64,000 bases of DNA. It comes from a virus. Of the stretch, positions 1 through 10,325 are shown one piece after another; within the stretch, counting starts at the first letter, position 1; each line of letters opens with the position of its first letter. The stretch is from IMG/VR virus record IMGVR_UViG_3300032282_004772; one strand, given 5' to 3'. The notes under the pieces are model-generated. The model did no database searches. It saw only the letters and a program-made list of their open reading frames with translations, and was not told the DNA's origin. Position numbers and translations under genes: made by a program.

Positions 1-1
1 T

Positions 2-2335
2 AAATCCTGAAATTCCGTTAGGTGTAAATGAACTACCAATAGAATCCGAATATCCATTACCTGAGAACGATAAACCATTTTTCAAATACCTAAATTGGTA
101 TGTTGTATAAGTTAACGCCTCATAAGTAATGTCGCAACTTGGTATTTCTGTTGGAGTAGGGGTTGGTAGTGGAGTTGCGGTAGGTACAGGAGTATCACAA
201 TTAGGACAATCGTAACTAAATAAATCAAAAGTATCTTTTAATATTTGATAATTGTGTTTGATTACATCCGCACCTAATGGAATTGTGTACATTCTAAATT
301 GAGATATTCCTCCGTCAAATGTTCCTGCAAAATTTTGTTCAATTTGTATGTTTGTTGTTAAAGCCGAAAGAGATGTTCCACTTAAAATATTATTTGGAAA
401 TAATTCAGGGTCTTGTTGGTAGGTATTACCTGTCAATGTTGTAGGACATTCAATAAAGGTTAAATTATTGTGTAACCCCTGACTACCTCCACCCCAAGAA
501 ACGTTAAAAGGAACTCCAACTTGTTTTTCCTTATCAGTACTTAATGCTCTTGGAATTATTTCTTCAACATTTTCTACTTTGTAGAAAATTCTACCGTTTA
601 TATAAATTTTAAGTGTGCCTTTTCTATAATCTTTATCCCTTAACCATTTTTCATTTAAATTAATTAACTCTATTTGAGTTGCAGTAGAACACCCGTGAGA
701 AATTGGAGGAGTTATCAACTCAACAGAATTGTTAGCCAAAGAATCCAAATAAACTAATTCAGTTATATCACCTAAACCACCTCTATAGTATAAATCACAT
801 GTATCAAACCAAGTATATCGTTCCCAAACAATATCAATTAAAAACCAATGTTCTAATTCAAGAAACCCAGGATTTTCGGTTTCACAAGGATATATTGGAG
901 GGCTACAGTATTCATCTATAGTATATCCTGTTTGATATGTGATTCCTGTTGTTTCACAACTACCCGTAGTTACACAATCACCCGTGAATCTTAAAATTCT
1001 AATACCAATTTGAGGATTACCAGGTTCACCGCAAAGTTTTAATGATATCACATTTGACATTGAATCAAAAAGAGGGTCAGATTCACAAGTGTTTTCTATT
1101 GAGGTTGTCTCTGTTGAATCACATGTGTCACAAGTATCGCAAGTCGCAGTGTTACAAGTATTACATGAAGCAACAACCGGAGTTGGGGTTGGGGTTGGTA
1201 CAGGTGTTGCAGTTGGTGTAGGAGTTGTTAAAGACTCGACAATTCCTATGTCGCAGTTTGGCGCTTTTGGAATACAAGAGTGAATTTGACATTCCCACCC
1301 ACAAGTTGCAACTTCTTGACATTCACAAGTACAACAAGTTGATGTGTCAGCAGTAACCGATTTACTTCCTCCACATACATTACATGCGTAATTAATATGA
1401 CTATCATGAATATCATTAACCGACCTTGGAGGGTACGCGTATATACATCTTGAATTTGTGACTCCTGAATTACAACATGCACATGTTTCTAAACAAGTTA
1501 ACCCTGATGTAACTCTTGTATATCCCGTATCTCCTGTCGGTGACCCGTCAGCGTGATGATAAAACTTATTTTCTGCTCGTGTCCCAAAATAAAAAAACAT
1601 ATCCTTATTATTCGGATATAATTCGTTTAAAGTTATTTTTCCAGGAGGGGGTGTATATTCATCAACAAGTCTTGGTTTTAATAGTAATTCTACAGACCAA
1701 CCTTTATTAACTCTACTTGGGAATATTTCATAATCATATCCAAATAATTTATAAAATCCTTGGTAGAATCCACCGTATAATTCATGGTACACACCAACTT
1801 TAGGGTCTAATTTAGATACTACTTCATATGCAATATCATTTGGTAATCCTGAAAATCTTATATTTGGACTTTGGGTAAACCCTGTTACTTGATGAAGTTT
1901 TAAACGTCTATCAAAATCAAGTCTATTAAATTTTTGAGAATCGGGTAATAACCCATTGGTTACGGTTATTGTTTGGGCGGTCATTTCAGTAACCAATCCA
2001 TTATCAATTCCTGTTAGACCTATGTCACAAATAGTTTCTGATGAAAAACAAGTTAAATCTTTGTTCTCTGGGTTATAATAATTTAATGAAACTAAGTTAT
2101 TGTCAAAGTTATAATCACCATAATTAAGAACAAAAAGTTCACTACTACCAGAATTATTTAAGTCAAAACTAAATGGTAAAACATTACCATCGTTAATTCC
2201 TATAATGTATGGAGAAAAAATAACATCTTGATTGTAATCCCTCTCATCTGAAGCCAAACAAAAATCTTGGATTTCAGACCTATTAAGTAGGTACAATTTT
2301 TTAAAATTATATTGATTTATATTTTGGTACGACAT
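2..2335 (-). CDS. Large Cys-rich virion structural protein with Pro-Thr linkers and LamG-like motif (runs off the left edge; missing from ORF track)
   Basis: Hand translation from ATG 2335 (MSYQNINQYNFKKLYLL...) stays open towards the window edge; CxxC-rich tracts, TPTPTATPVPTPTPTP linkers, GTFDGGISQFRMY LamG-like tail; TATTTAT motif upstream. Confidence 0.75.
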   Translation of the reverse strand, partial: MSYQNINQYNFKKLYLLNRSEIQDFCLASDERDYNQDVIFSPYIIGINDGNVLPFSFDLNNSGSSELFVLNYGDYNFDNNLVSLNYYNPENKDLTCFSSETICDIGLTGIDNGLVTEMTAQTITVTNGLLPDSQKFNRLDFDRRLKLHQVTGFTQSPNIRFSGLPNDIAYEVVSKLDPKVGVYHELYGGFYQGFYKLFGYDYEIFPSRVNKGWSVELLLKPRLVDEYTPPPGKITLNELYPNNKDMFFYFGTRAENKFYHHADGSPTGDTGYTRVTSGLTCLETCACCNSGVTNSRCIYAYPPRSVNDIHDSHINYACNVCGGSKSVTADTSTCCTCECQEVATCGWECQIHSCIPKAPNCDIGIVESLTTPTPTATPVPTPTPTPVVASCNTCNTATCDTCDTCDSTETTSIENTCESDPLFDSMSNVISLKLCGEPGNPQIGIRILRFTGDCVTTGSCETTGITYQTGYTIDEYCSPPIYPCETENPGFLELEHWFLIDIVWERYTWFDTCDLYYRGGLGDITELVYLDSLANNSVELITPPISHGCSTATQIELINLNEKWLRDKDYRKGTLKIYINGRIFYKVENVEEIIPRALSTDKEKQVGVPFNVSWGGGSQGLHNNLTFIECPTTLTGNTYQQDPELFPNNILSGTSLSALTTNIQIEQNFAGTFDGGISQFRMYTIPLGADVIKHNYQILKDTFDLFSYDCPNCDTPVPTATPLPTPTPTEIPSCDITYEALTYTTYQFRYLKNGLSFSGNGYSDSIGSSFTPNGISGF

Positions 2336-2385
2336 ATTACAATGATAAATACCTTGTATCGCAGTATTTATATGTAAAAAGAAAT

Positions 2386-3252
2386 ATGATTCAGCTAGAT
2401 AAAGAATATTTTTTTAATCCCTATTATTTTTTTCTAACAGAAAAAAGTGATAGAGTGTCCCTATACTACTCAATTGCCCAAAATTTAACAGAATCTAGAA
2501 AAAAAGATGATAAGTTAGATTTTGATAAATCGCAAACTGAAAAGATTAAAAAAGGTATTGGCGACATTATAAAAAATAAAAAATTAAAGACCAAAGAACA
2601 AATAAAAAAATATTTCAAATCAATTTCTACTGATAAAGAAAAAGGTGAAATTGATGAGTTAATTGATTATGACGGAACTTTAACAAATTCAAAAATTCCA
2701 TTTTTAAACATGGGATTAACTCCTAAAAAAACAACTGACCAAACTGTTGTTATGGGAAGAATGACCAATAATCCTGTAACAAGAGGATATAGAAAATATT
2801 ATGGAGAATCTACTGAAGAAGATAGTGATGTTGTAAATGAAGTAGATTATTCAGATGCTTTTGGATATGAAGAAACTAAAGACATGGATGGTAAAAAAAC
2901 ATATAACTATCTTGTTAAACAGATGGGTATGAATTCCGATGAAGCAAAAGAAAGAACAAAACAATTTGGAAAAGACCCTTCAGGACAAAGGACTCAGAAA
3001 GCTCCAAAATCAATTAGAAATAAAAAAGGTTTTATTGATAGAATGACTATTTCTGAAATAGAAAGAGAGAAAATGATAAAGATGGTTGAGGATATTTTAT
3101 TGAACAAAAAAAATAAAGAATCTGAAATTGAGGAGAGAGCTAAAGCTTCGAGTAAAATAATAAAAAAGAATATAGATTCTTTAAAGAAGATGGCCGAAAA
3201 AGAAGGAATAACAATAAATCAACTAATTAAACTTTTAAAAAGTGAACAGTAA
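2386..3252 (+). CDS. Hypothetical protein, putative head-associated
   Basis: 288 aa ORF, TATTTATA upstream, several L/I/V-x-E motifs. Confidence 0.6.
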   Translation: MIQLDKEYFFNPYYFFLTEKSDRVSLYYSIAQNLTESRKKDDKLDFDKSQTEKIKKGIGDIIKNKKLKTKEQIKKYFKSISTDKEKGEIDELIDYDGTLTNSKIPFLNMGLTPKKTTDQTVVMGRMTNNPVTRGYRKYYGESTEEDSDVVNEVDYSDAFGYEETKDMDGKKTYNYLVKQMGMNSDEAKERTKQFGKDPSGQRTQKAPKSIRNKKGFIDRMTISEIEREKMIKMVEDILLNKKNKESEIEERAKASSKIIKKNIDSLKKMAEKEGITINQLIKLLKSEQ

Positions 3253-3655
3253 TTTATACGGAAATCAATATCAAATCCCAAATCCGCAATTTGAAAATTT
3301 AAAAAAATATGCGGGAGAAGAGACTATTGATAATCTATTGTCCACAAAAACAATATCTTATTCTAATTTAAAAAAAATTAAGAATAGGATGGAGAACGGA
3401 GAAAAAGACAAATTAGGCGGAGATTCGTTTTATAGTTGGGTCGATGGAATGTTAAAATCAAAAAGAGGTGAAATTGACACTTCCAATAAGGCTAAACATG
3501 AAGCTGGAGTGTCCAATGTTTATATAAAACAACATAAAAAAGACAATGTGTCCAATTTAAATAGACCAAGTAAAAGTCATCATAGACACAATGACGAAAT
3601 TAGAATTAACGAAACCTTAAAAAGGATAAATGAAATAATATCAAAAATAATTTAA
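3242..3655 (+). CDS. Hypothetical protein
   Basis: 137 aa ORF overlapping the upstream stop. Confidence 0.6.
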   Translation: MNSNLYGNQYQIPNPQFENLKKYAGEETIDNLLSTKTISYSNLKKIKNRMENGEKDKLGGDSFYSWVDGMLKSKRGEIDTSNKAKHEAGVSNVYIKQHKKDNVSNLNRPSKSHHRHNDEIRINETLKRINEIISKII

Positions 3656-3657
3656 TT

Positions 3658-3948
3658 ATGCCACAACAAGAACCAATTGATTTAGCACAAAACGAACAAA
3701 ACACGTTATCTTCAGTTGCGGAACAAGAAAGAAGGAAGTTGTTCCCTAGAAACGATTATAACACAACAAATCTATATTCAGCAACTAACCCAGACGCTCT
3801 CGCTACAGGTGATGAGCAAGGAAAGGGGACAGGAGGAGATTTAGATGTTTATAATGATATTGCAGGAGGATTAACTGACAATATTGAAAGAAAAAAAGAA
3901 GTTGTAATTAACAAATATAACTCAAGCAAAACCTATCCTGATTTTTAA
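3658..3948 (+). CDS. Hypothetical protein
   Basis: 96 aa ORF in operon. Confidence 0.6.
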   Translation: MPQQEPIDLAQNEQNTLSSVAEQERRKLFPRNDYNTTNLYSATNPDALATGDEQGKGTGGDLDVYNDIAGGLTDNIERKKEVVINKYNSSKTYPDF

Positions 3949-4361
3949 TGAAATTAAAACTGTTATCAACAATCAAAACTATTATTTCTGAGCAATACGC
4001 TCAGCAAGACATTGTTGATGCAATAAAAAAAAGGAAAAGAGTTGTAATATACTATGATGGCGATGAGCCAGGTGGTAAAGGTCTGAGAGAAATTGAACCT
4101 GTTTGTTTAGGAATAAGTAAGGCAAACAATAAAATATTACGAGCTTGGGATATGGAAGGCGCGTCTCATACCGATTATAAAGGAGAACAACCTTTGCCGG
4201 GATGGAGGATATTCCGAGTTGATAAAATTGTATCATTTAAACCTACCGGTGAAATTTACAATGAACCAAGACCTGACTATAATTTTAATGGAGATAAAAC
4301 AATGGCTAGTGTTATTTTAAACGCAAAGTTTAATGACCAACCAGAACAAAACGTAGCATAA
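3948..4361 (+). CDS. Stand-alone WYL-domain protein
   Basis: AIKKRKRVVIYY...REIEPVCLG...LRAW...GWRIFRVDKI fits the WYL pattern. Confidence 0.75.
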   Translation: MKLKLLSTIKTIISEQYAQQDIVDAIKKRKRVVIYYDGDEPGGKGLREIEPVCLGISKANNKILRAWDMEGASHTDYKGEQPLPGWRIFRVDKIVSFKPTGEIYNEPRPDYNFNGDKTMASVILNAKFNDQPEQNVA

Positions 4362-4362
4362 T

Positions 4363-4929
4363 ATGAATAATTTAATGGAAAAATTGGCGATATCCAAAGC
4401 CATAATGGACAAACATAACGGAATTAAACGAGGAAGTAATGGGGGTGAGAGTATAAACATATCATCACCTGAATTACAATCTTTTGAAACCCCTAATGCT
4501 AAATATAATTTACCACAAGAACTTGTTTCAGAAACAAAAACCATTAATAACAATCCTCAATTACCAACAAAAGACAGAATTCTAAATTCTAAATTACCTG
4601 ATGAGATTAAAAAATTAATGATTGAAAATCCAATTGCTCCTGTTAGTCCTTTAATGGGTGGAGGACCTGTACTTTCAGACGAATTGATTGAAAAGGCATC
4701 TAAATTGATGGGAACTCAAAGACCTGTTGAGACTCAAATCGAATCAAAAAAACAAACTATTGGGGAATCTTCAGAATTAAAGAAAATGATGAAAGAAGTT
4801 GTTGAAGAAGTTTTAAGAGAAAATGGGTTATTATTAGAATCTGCGTCAAAGGCGAATGAAAATATTTTAATAAAAGTGGGACAACACGTTTTTGAAGGTA
4901 AAATTTCAAAAATCAAAAAAGTTAAATAA
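4363..4929 (+). CDS. Hypothetical protein
   Basis: 188 aa ORF in operon. Confidence 0.6.
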   Translation: MNNLMEKLAISKAIMDKHNGIKRGSNGGESINISSPELQSFETPNAKYNLPQELVSETKTINNNPQLPTKDRILNSKLPDEIKKLMIENPIAPVSPLMGGGPVLSDELIEKASKLMGTQRPVETQIESKKQTIGESSELKKMMKEVVEEVLRENGLLLESASKANENILIKVGQHVFEGKISKIKKVK

Positions 4930-4983
4930 AACAGCTTTCTTTATAGTATTTTTTTTGTTATTCTTTATTAAAAAATATTAAGA

Positions 4984-6204
4984 ATGGCAAAAATTAACGT
5001 ATTAGTAATTCCCTCAGATAAAACAGGTGTCGGTAAATTTAGGTCTGTAGACCCACACATTTTTTTACAAAAATTATATCCTGACGATTTTCACGTAGAC
5101 ATTGAATATGAACCAAAATTCAACGAAGGTCCTAATTATTGGAAAAAATATCAAATAGTACACATACATAGAAACATTGGTGCAAACTATGAAAACACCC
5201 CAAAAATTGTTGATTGGTTAAAATCACAAGGAATTGTTGTGATTATTGATATTGACGATTATTGGTTACCTGGAGTTGAGCATCCTATCCATAATTTAGT
5301 TAAAGTTAATAAGATAAATGAAAAAATTATGGAGAACTTGAGACATGCGTCTTATGTAACTACAACTACTTCAATTTTTGCAAATGAAATTAAAAAATTG
5401 AATTCTAATGTTGAGATTTTTCCAAATGCGATTGACCCGAATGAATCCCAATTTAAAGAACCTACATTACCTAGTGAAAGGTTAAGAATTGGATGGTTAG
5501 GTGGTTCGTCTCACTTACACGATTTAATGTTATTAGACCAATCTTTAGTTAAATTAGATGACTTAGATAGAAATCAAATCCAATTTTATTTGTGTGGATT
5601 TGACACAAGAGGTACTGTGACCGAAGTAAACCCACAAACAAAAGAACAAAAACAAAGACCAATAAAACCTGAAGAGACTGTTTGGAACAAATATGAAGAA
5701 ATCATAACTTCAAACTTTAGAGGGATAACAGAAGATTATAGAACATTCCTTAGAAAATATAAGGAAGAAGATTTTCCTAACATGTATGACCAACCATATG
5801 TTCGAGTTTGGACAAGACCTGTACAATCATACGCTAAAAACTATTCAAAGTTTGATGTTTCTTTGGCTCCAATTAAAAATCATATTTTTAATAGGGTTAA
5901 ATCTCAACTAAAGGTTATTGAGGCAGGATTTTATAAAAAAGCGTTAATCGCATCTAATGTCGGTCCATATACTATTGACTTAAAACACGCATTGAAAAAC
6001 GGTGAATTTACTGACGGAAACGCCTTGTTAGTTGATGAAAATAGAAATCATAGTGATTGGAATAAAAACATAAAAAAACTTATTTCTAATCGTAACTTTG
6101 CAATTGATTTAGGGGAAAGACTGTATGAAACAGTAAAAGACACTTATGACTTAAATAATGTCACTAAAGCAAGAGCTGAGTGGTATAAAACTTTAGTAAA
6201 ATGA
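4984..6204 (+). CDS. Glycosyltransferase, GT-B fold
   Basis: IIDIDDYW, RIGWLGGSSH, DVSLAPI..HIFNRVKSQLKVIEAG, ALIASNVGPY. Confidence 0.8.
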   Translation: MAKINVLVIPSDKTGVGKFRSVDPHIFLQKLYPDDFHVDIEYEPKFNEGPNYWKKYQIVHIHRNIGANYENTPKIVDWLKSQGIVVIIDIDDYWLPGVEHPIHNLVKVNKINEKIMENLRHASYVTTTTSIFANEIKKLNSNVEIFPNAIDPNESQFKEPTLPSERLRIGWLGGSSHLHDLMLLDQSLVKLDDLDRNQIQFYLCGFDTRGTVTEVNPQTKEQKQRPIKPEETVWNKYEEIITSNFRGITEDYRTFLRKYKEEDFPNMYDQPYVRVWTRPVQSYAKNYSKFDVSLAPIKNHIFNRVKSQLKVIEAGFYKKALIASNVGPYTIDLKHALKNGEFTDGNALLVDENRNHSDWNKNIKKLISNRNFAIDLGERLYETVKDTYDLNNVTKARAEWYKTLVK

Positions 6205-6902
6205 TAAAGATACCTATTACTAAAATATTATTTTTAGATATTGAAACTGTTGGTGGATGTAAGAATTATGAAACCTGTAAAACATCAAATCCAAAAGTTG
6301 CGGAGCAATTCATAAAATATATTGATTGGTTTCAGAAAAGATTTCCTGAAGATTCTACACTATCATTGGATGAAATATTTGCACGTAGAACATCTTTAGT
6401 TCCTGAATTCGCTAAAATTATATGTGTTAGTGTTGCATTTGTTTTAGACAATGGAGATGTAAAAAAGCAAACATTTTATGGTGATGACGAGAAAGTTTTG
6501 TTACAAGACGTTCAAAAATTACTAGACCGTTGTGGTAAACTTGATTTTTTTCTTTGTGGACATAATTTAAAGAATTTTGACATTCCTATGTTGGCAAAAA
6601 GAATGATTATTAATGGATTACTACCACCATCTATATTGCCAAGTTACGATACAAAACCTTGGGAAATTAAAGCTATCGATACTAAAGAAATTTGGCAATA
6701 TGGTGCATATACCGCAATTGGGTCTTTAGATTTAATGTGTACTTGTATGGATGTTCCTTCTTCAAAAGAAGGTGAAATCACAGGAGATAAAGTACATCAG
6801 GCGTATTGGGTTGAAGATAAATTAAAAGAAATTGCCGAGTATTGTGAAAAAGACGTTGAAGTATTAATTGATGTAATAAAAAAATTAAAAAATTTAAAAT
6901 GA
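6201..6902 (+). CDS. DEDD 3'-5' exonuclease (PolB-exonuclease-like)
   Basis: FLDIET, GHNLKNFDIP, YCEKDV (Exo I/II/III motifs). Confidence 0.85.
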   Translation: MIKIPITKILFLDIETVGGCKNYETCKTSNPKVAEQFIKYIDWFQKRFPEDSTLSLDEIFARRTSLVPEFAKIICVSVAFVLDNGDVKKQTFYGDDEKVLLQDVQKLLDRCGKLDFFLCGHNLKNFDIPMLAKRMIINGLLPPSILPSYDTKPWEIKAIDTKEIWQYGAYTAIGSLDLMCTCMDVPSSKEGEITGDKVHQAYWVEDKLKEIAEYCEKDVEVLIDVIKKLKNLK

Positions 6903-7465
6903 TGAGTATTAACAATTTAGAAGATTATTTTTCGGAAGACGAATTAGAGTTAAAAAAGCTAGTAAAAGAAATGGGCGTCGACTTAGATGAATTGGAGAAA
7001 CAATTTAACAATTATAATCCAAAAAGAAGCCTAAAATATGAGGTAATAAGTGAAGACGCGGTAGAACCAAAGTATAATTATCCGTCTGATTCCGGATTTG
7101 ATTTACATTCTACAAAGGAGATTACAATACCGGCTTTTGGTAGGGCTTTGGTTCCAACAGGGTTAAAATTTGATATTCCTGATGGTACAGAGATTCAAGT
7201 AAGACCTAAAAGCGGGTTGTCCATCAAACAGGGGATTACGGTTTTAAACACGCCTGGAACTATTGATAGTGGATATAATGGTGAAGTACAAGTTATTGTT
7301 TTTAATACAAATAATTCTGAGTTTACAATTGAAAAAGGGATGAAAGTTGCTCAAGCAGTGTTTTGTCCTGTAATTAATGGTAAATGGGTTAGTTTGGATA
7401 AAGTAGAATCTGTAGATGAAAAAGACAGAGGTAGTAATGGATTTGGTTCAACAGGAATAAAATAA
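6899..7465 (+). CDS. dut: dUTPase
   Basis: SGFDL, RPKSG, GTIDSGYNGE, AQAV, RGSNGFGSTG. Confidence 0.95.
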   Translation: MMSINNLEDYFSEDELELKKLVKEMGVDLDELEKQFNNYNPKRSLKYEVISEDAVEPKYNYPSDSGFDLHSTKEITIPAFGRALVPTGLKFDIPDGTEIQVRPKSGLSIKQGITVLNTPGTIDSGYNGEVQVIVFNTNNSEFTIEKGMKVAQAVFCPVINGKWVSLDKVESVDEKDRGSNGFGSTGIK

Positions 7466-7466
7466 A

Positions 7467-8978
7467 ATGATTACAATAGTATATTCAACACATAAAGATA
7501 AAAATTATAACGAAAACTTTAAATCTCACTTAAAAAAGACAATTGGGGTTAAAGATTTTCAAATTTTGGAGTATGAAAACTTCAATCAATATTCTCTGGC
7601 TCAAGTTTATAATAAAGGAATATCAGAATCTATTTATGATATTGTAGTATGTTGTCATAATGATATAAAATTAGAAAATGGTTGGGGTAAAAAATTAATC
7701 AACGACTTTGAAAACAATCCTGATTATGGAATAATTGGTAAGGCCGGTAGTTGTTATTTTCCGGAATCTGGCATTTATTGGGAAAGAATGCAACAAACAA
7801 TGGTTGGTCAGGTTTATCATCATCCACAAGGAAAATCAAAATGGTTAAGTAGATACTCAGCAAAATTACCTTTTTTAATTCCTGTGGTAACAATAGATGG
7901 TCTTTTTATTTCATTCAATAAAAATAAAATTAATCATGTATTTGATGAGACAATAGGTAAATTCCACTTTTATGACCATTTATTTTGTTTACCTAATTAT
8001 TTGGATGGAGTTAAAATTGGTGTTACATCGTCATTTGAGATAACTCATGAGTCAGTAGGACAACCAAATCAAGAATTTTTTGATTCTAAAGTAAAATTTT
8101 TAGAAAAATTTGGTAAAAATCTACCATTGGATTTGAAACCTAATTTTGTATATAAAGAAGATATTAAAAAATCTGAATTTAAAAAAATAAAAAAAGTAGC
8201 AATTATAATTCCAACTAAAGGAAAAACACATTTACTATTTAATTGTGTTAGTTCATTCATTGATAATTGCGACACTAAAAAGTTTGATTTTTTTATTGCA
8301 GATACGGGGTCAAATGAAGAAGAAAAAGATTCAATAAAAAAATTCATATCCGATAATAAAGATAAAACACATATTAATTTTATCGAATACGATTACTACA
8401 ACTTTGCTAAAATTAATAACGATGTAGTTAAAAATCATATCAATGACGAATATGAATTTATATTGTTTTGCAATAACGATATTGTAGTGTTAAATAATGT
8501 GGTCGATGAAATGTTATCTACGTTTAAAGACAAGGCAAACGCTGGAACTGTAGGATGTAGACTTCATTTTGAAGATAACACCATCCAACATGATGGGGTG
8601 TTTATGGGAATTCAACAAGGAAGATTATTGTTATCACATGTTGGATTTAAGAGTTACTACAACTATTCAACATCGATTAAAACCGTGATAGGTAATACTG
8701 CTGCTTTGATGATGGTCAGAAAAAATGTTTTTATAAGATGTGGAATGTTTAATGAAGAATATGTTTCTTGTTTTGAAGATGTTGAATTAAATTTAAAATG
8801 TATTATAATTGGATTAGAGAATTATTTTTCAGGGAAATCAGTCGCATATCATTTTGAATCTCAAACAAGAAAAGATGACCCTGAAACACAAATAAATCAA
8901 TCTAAAGATTACATGAGGTTAGTACCTTTTGTTAATCAAAATATTGAAAAAATAAAAAGTAAAATTAATTTAATTTAA
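7467..8978 (+). CDS. Two-domain GT-A (family 2-like) glycosyltransferase
   Basis: CCHNDI...TIDG...FHFYD N-domain; IIIPT, FCNNDI, FEDVELNL, AYHFES C-domain. Confidence 0.85.
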   Translation: MITIVYSTHKDKNYNENFKSHLKKTIGVKDFQILEYENFNQYSLAQVYNKGISESIYDIVVCCHNDIKLENGWGKKLINDFENNPDYGIIGKAGSCYFPESGIYWERMQQTMVGQVYHHPQGKSKWLSRYSAKLPFLIPVVTIDGLFISFNKNKINHVFDETIGKFHFYDHLFCLPNYLDGVKIGVTSSFEITHESVGQPNQEFFDSKVKFLEKFGKNLPLDLKPNFVYKEDIKKSEFKKIKKVAIIIPTKGKTHLLFNCVSSFIDNCDTKKFDFFIADTGSNEEEKDSIKKFISDNKDKTHINFIEYDYYNFAKINNDVVKNHINDEYEFILFCNNDIVVLNNVVDEMLSTFKDKANAGTVGCRLHFEDNTIQHDGVFMGIQQGRLLLSHVGFKSYYNYSTSIKTVIGNTAALMMVRKNVFIRCGMFNEEYVSCFEDVELNLKCIIIGLENYFSGKSVAYHFESQTRKDDPETQINQSKDYMRLVPFVNQNIEKIKSKINLI

Positions 8979-8979
8979 G

Positions 8980-9621
8980 ATGGCGGTTGGAGCACATAAA
9001 ATTACAGAGGACTTTGAAAGTGCGTTGTCTAAATACACAGGGGCACCATTTGTGGTAACAGTAGATAACCAAAGTAATGCGATTTTTTTGGCACTTATGT
9101 ACGAAAAAGTAAAAGGCATGGAAATTGAAATTCCAAGTCGAACTTACCCTTCAGTACCTTGTGAAATAATACATGCCGGTGCTAAAGTAAAATTTAGAAA
9201 AGTTGATGGGAGTACTATAAAAGGGGCATATCAACTAATCCCAACTAAAGTTTGGGATAGTGCATTAAGGTTTACTGTTGGTATGTATATACCAAACACT
9301 CATATGTGTGTATCGTTCACAGGCCCTTACAAACATTTAAAACTTGGTAAAGGTGGAGCAATACTAACTGATGACGAAAACGCGTATAAATGGTTTAAAA
9401 AAGCAAGATTTAGTGGGAGAGATGAATGTAGTTATCATGAAGACAACTTTGATGTAAATCCTGTAGTTGGGTGGAATTTTTACATGATGCCAGAAATATC
9501 GGCTAGAGGGTTATTACTAATGACTCAGTTTTATAATAGACAAGGTGAAGGATTGGAAAATGAAGATTTAGAATTACCATACCCTGATTTATCAAAATTT
9601 AAAATTTATACGGAACAATAA
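8980..9621 (+). CDS. DegT/DnrJ/EryC1/StrS-family aminotransferase (short form)
   Basis: FESALSKYTGA, PSRTYPSV, SFTGPYKHLKLGKGGAILTDD PLP-lysine region; only 213 aa. Confidence 0.8.
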   Translation: MAVGAHKITEDFESALSKYTGAPFVVTVDNQSNAIFLALMYEKVKGMEIEIPSRTYPSVPCEIIHAGAKVKFRKVDGSTIKGAYQLIPTKVWDSALRFTVGMYIPNTHMCVSFTGPYKHLKLGKGGAILTDDENAYKWFKKARFSGRDECSYHEDNFDVNPVVGWNFYMMPEISARGLLLMTQFYNRQGEGLENEDLELPYPDLSKFKIYTEQ

Positions 9622-10325
9622 TGAAAAAAATTGCAATTATGCAACCATATTTTTTTCCGTATATCGGATATTTCCAATTATTTAAGGAAATCGATGAGTT
9701 TATAATTTATGATAGAATAAAATACACAAAAAAAGGTTGGATAAACAGAAATAGGATTTTAACTACTAATGGGGTTGACCATATAAGTTTGCCAATAAAA
9801 AAAGATTCTGATTTTTTATATGTGTATGAGAGAAGTTTGAGTGATTCGTGGGAAAAAGAAAAAATAAAGTTAATCAATAAACTCAAAAATTCTTATAATA
9901 AAGCCCCGTTCTTTAAAGAGCATTTTCCAATCGTATTAGAATGTCTAAATCAAGAAGAAAAAAATTTATTTGAATTTATTTTTAATACAATAAAAATCAT
10001 TAATTCTTTTTTAGACTTAAAAACACCAATAATAAAATACTCTGAATTAAATATTAATGATGAATTAAAGGGCCAAGATAAGGTCATTGAAATTTGTAAA
10101 AAAGTTGACGCTAAGATTTATGTAAACCCAATTGGAGGGGTATCGTTATACTCAAAAGAAAATTTCAATAATGAAAACATTAAACTTAATTTTTTAAAAG
10201 TTAATAATGTTTTTTATAAACAAAGAAATAGTGATTTTATTGAGAGTCTTTCAATTATTGATGTTTTAATGTATAATTCATTATTTGATGTTAAAGAAAT
10301 CTTAAAAAAATATATTTTAATATGA
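9621..10325 (+). CDS. WbqC-like protein
   Basis: AIMQPYFFPYIGYF, WINRNRI, SYNKAPFF, LSIIDVL. Confidence 0.9.
   Translation: MKKIAIMQPYFFPYIGYFQLFKEIDEFIIYDRIKYTKKGWINRNRILTTNGVDHISLPIKKDSDFLYVYERSLSDSWEKEKIKLINKLKNSYNKAPFFKEHFPIVLECLNQEEKNLFEFIFNTIKIINSFLDLKTPIIKYSELNINDELKGQDKVIEICKKVDAKIYVNPIGGVSLYSKENFNNENIKLNFLKVNNVFYKQRNSDFIESLSIIDVLMYNSLFDVKEILKKYILI

Noticed and set aside
1089-1710. Three short ORFs in the track
   Set aside because: Shadows or alternate frames of the long minus-strand gene 2-2335
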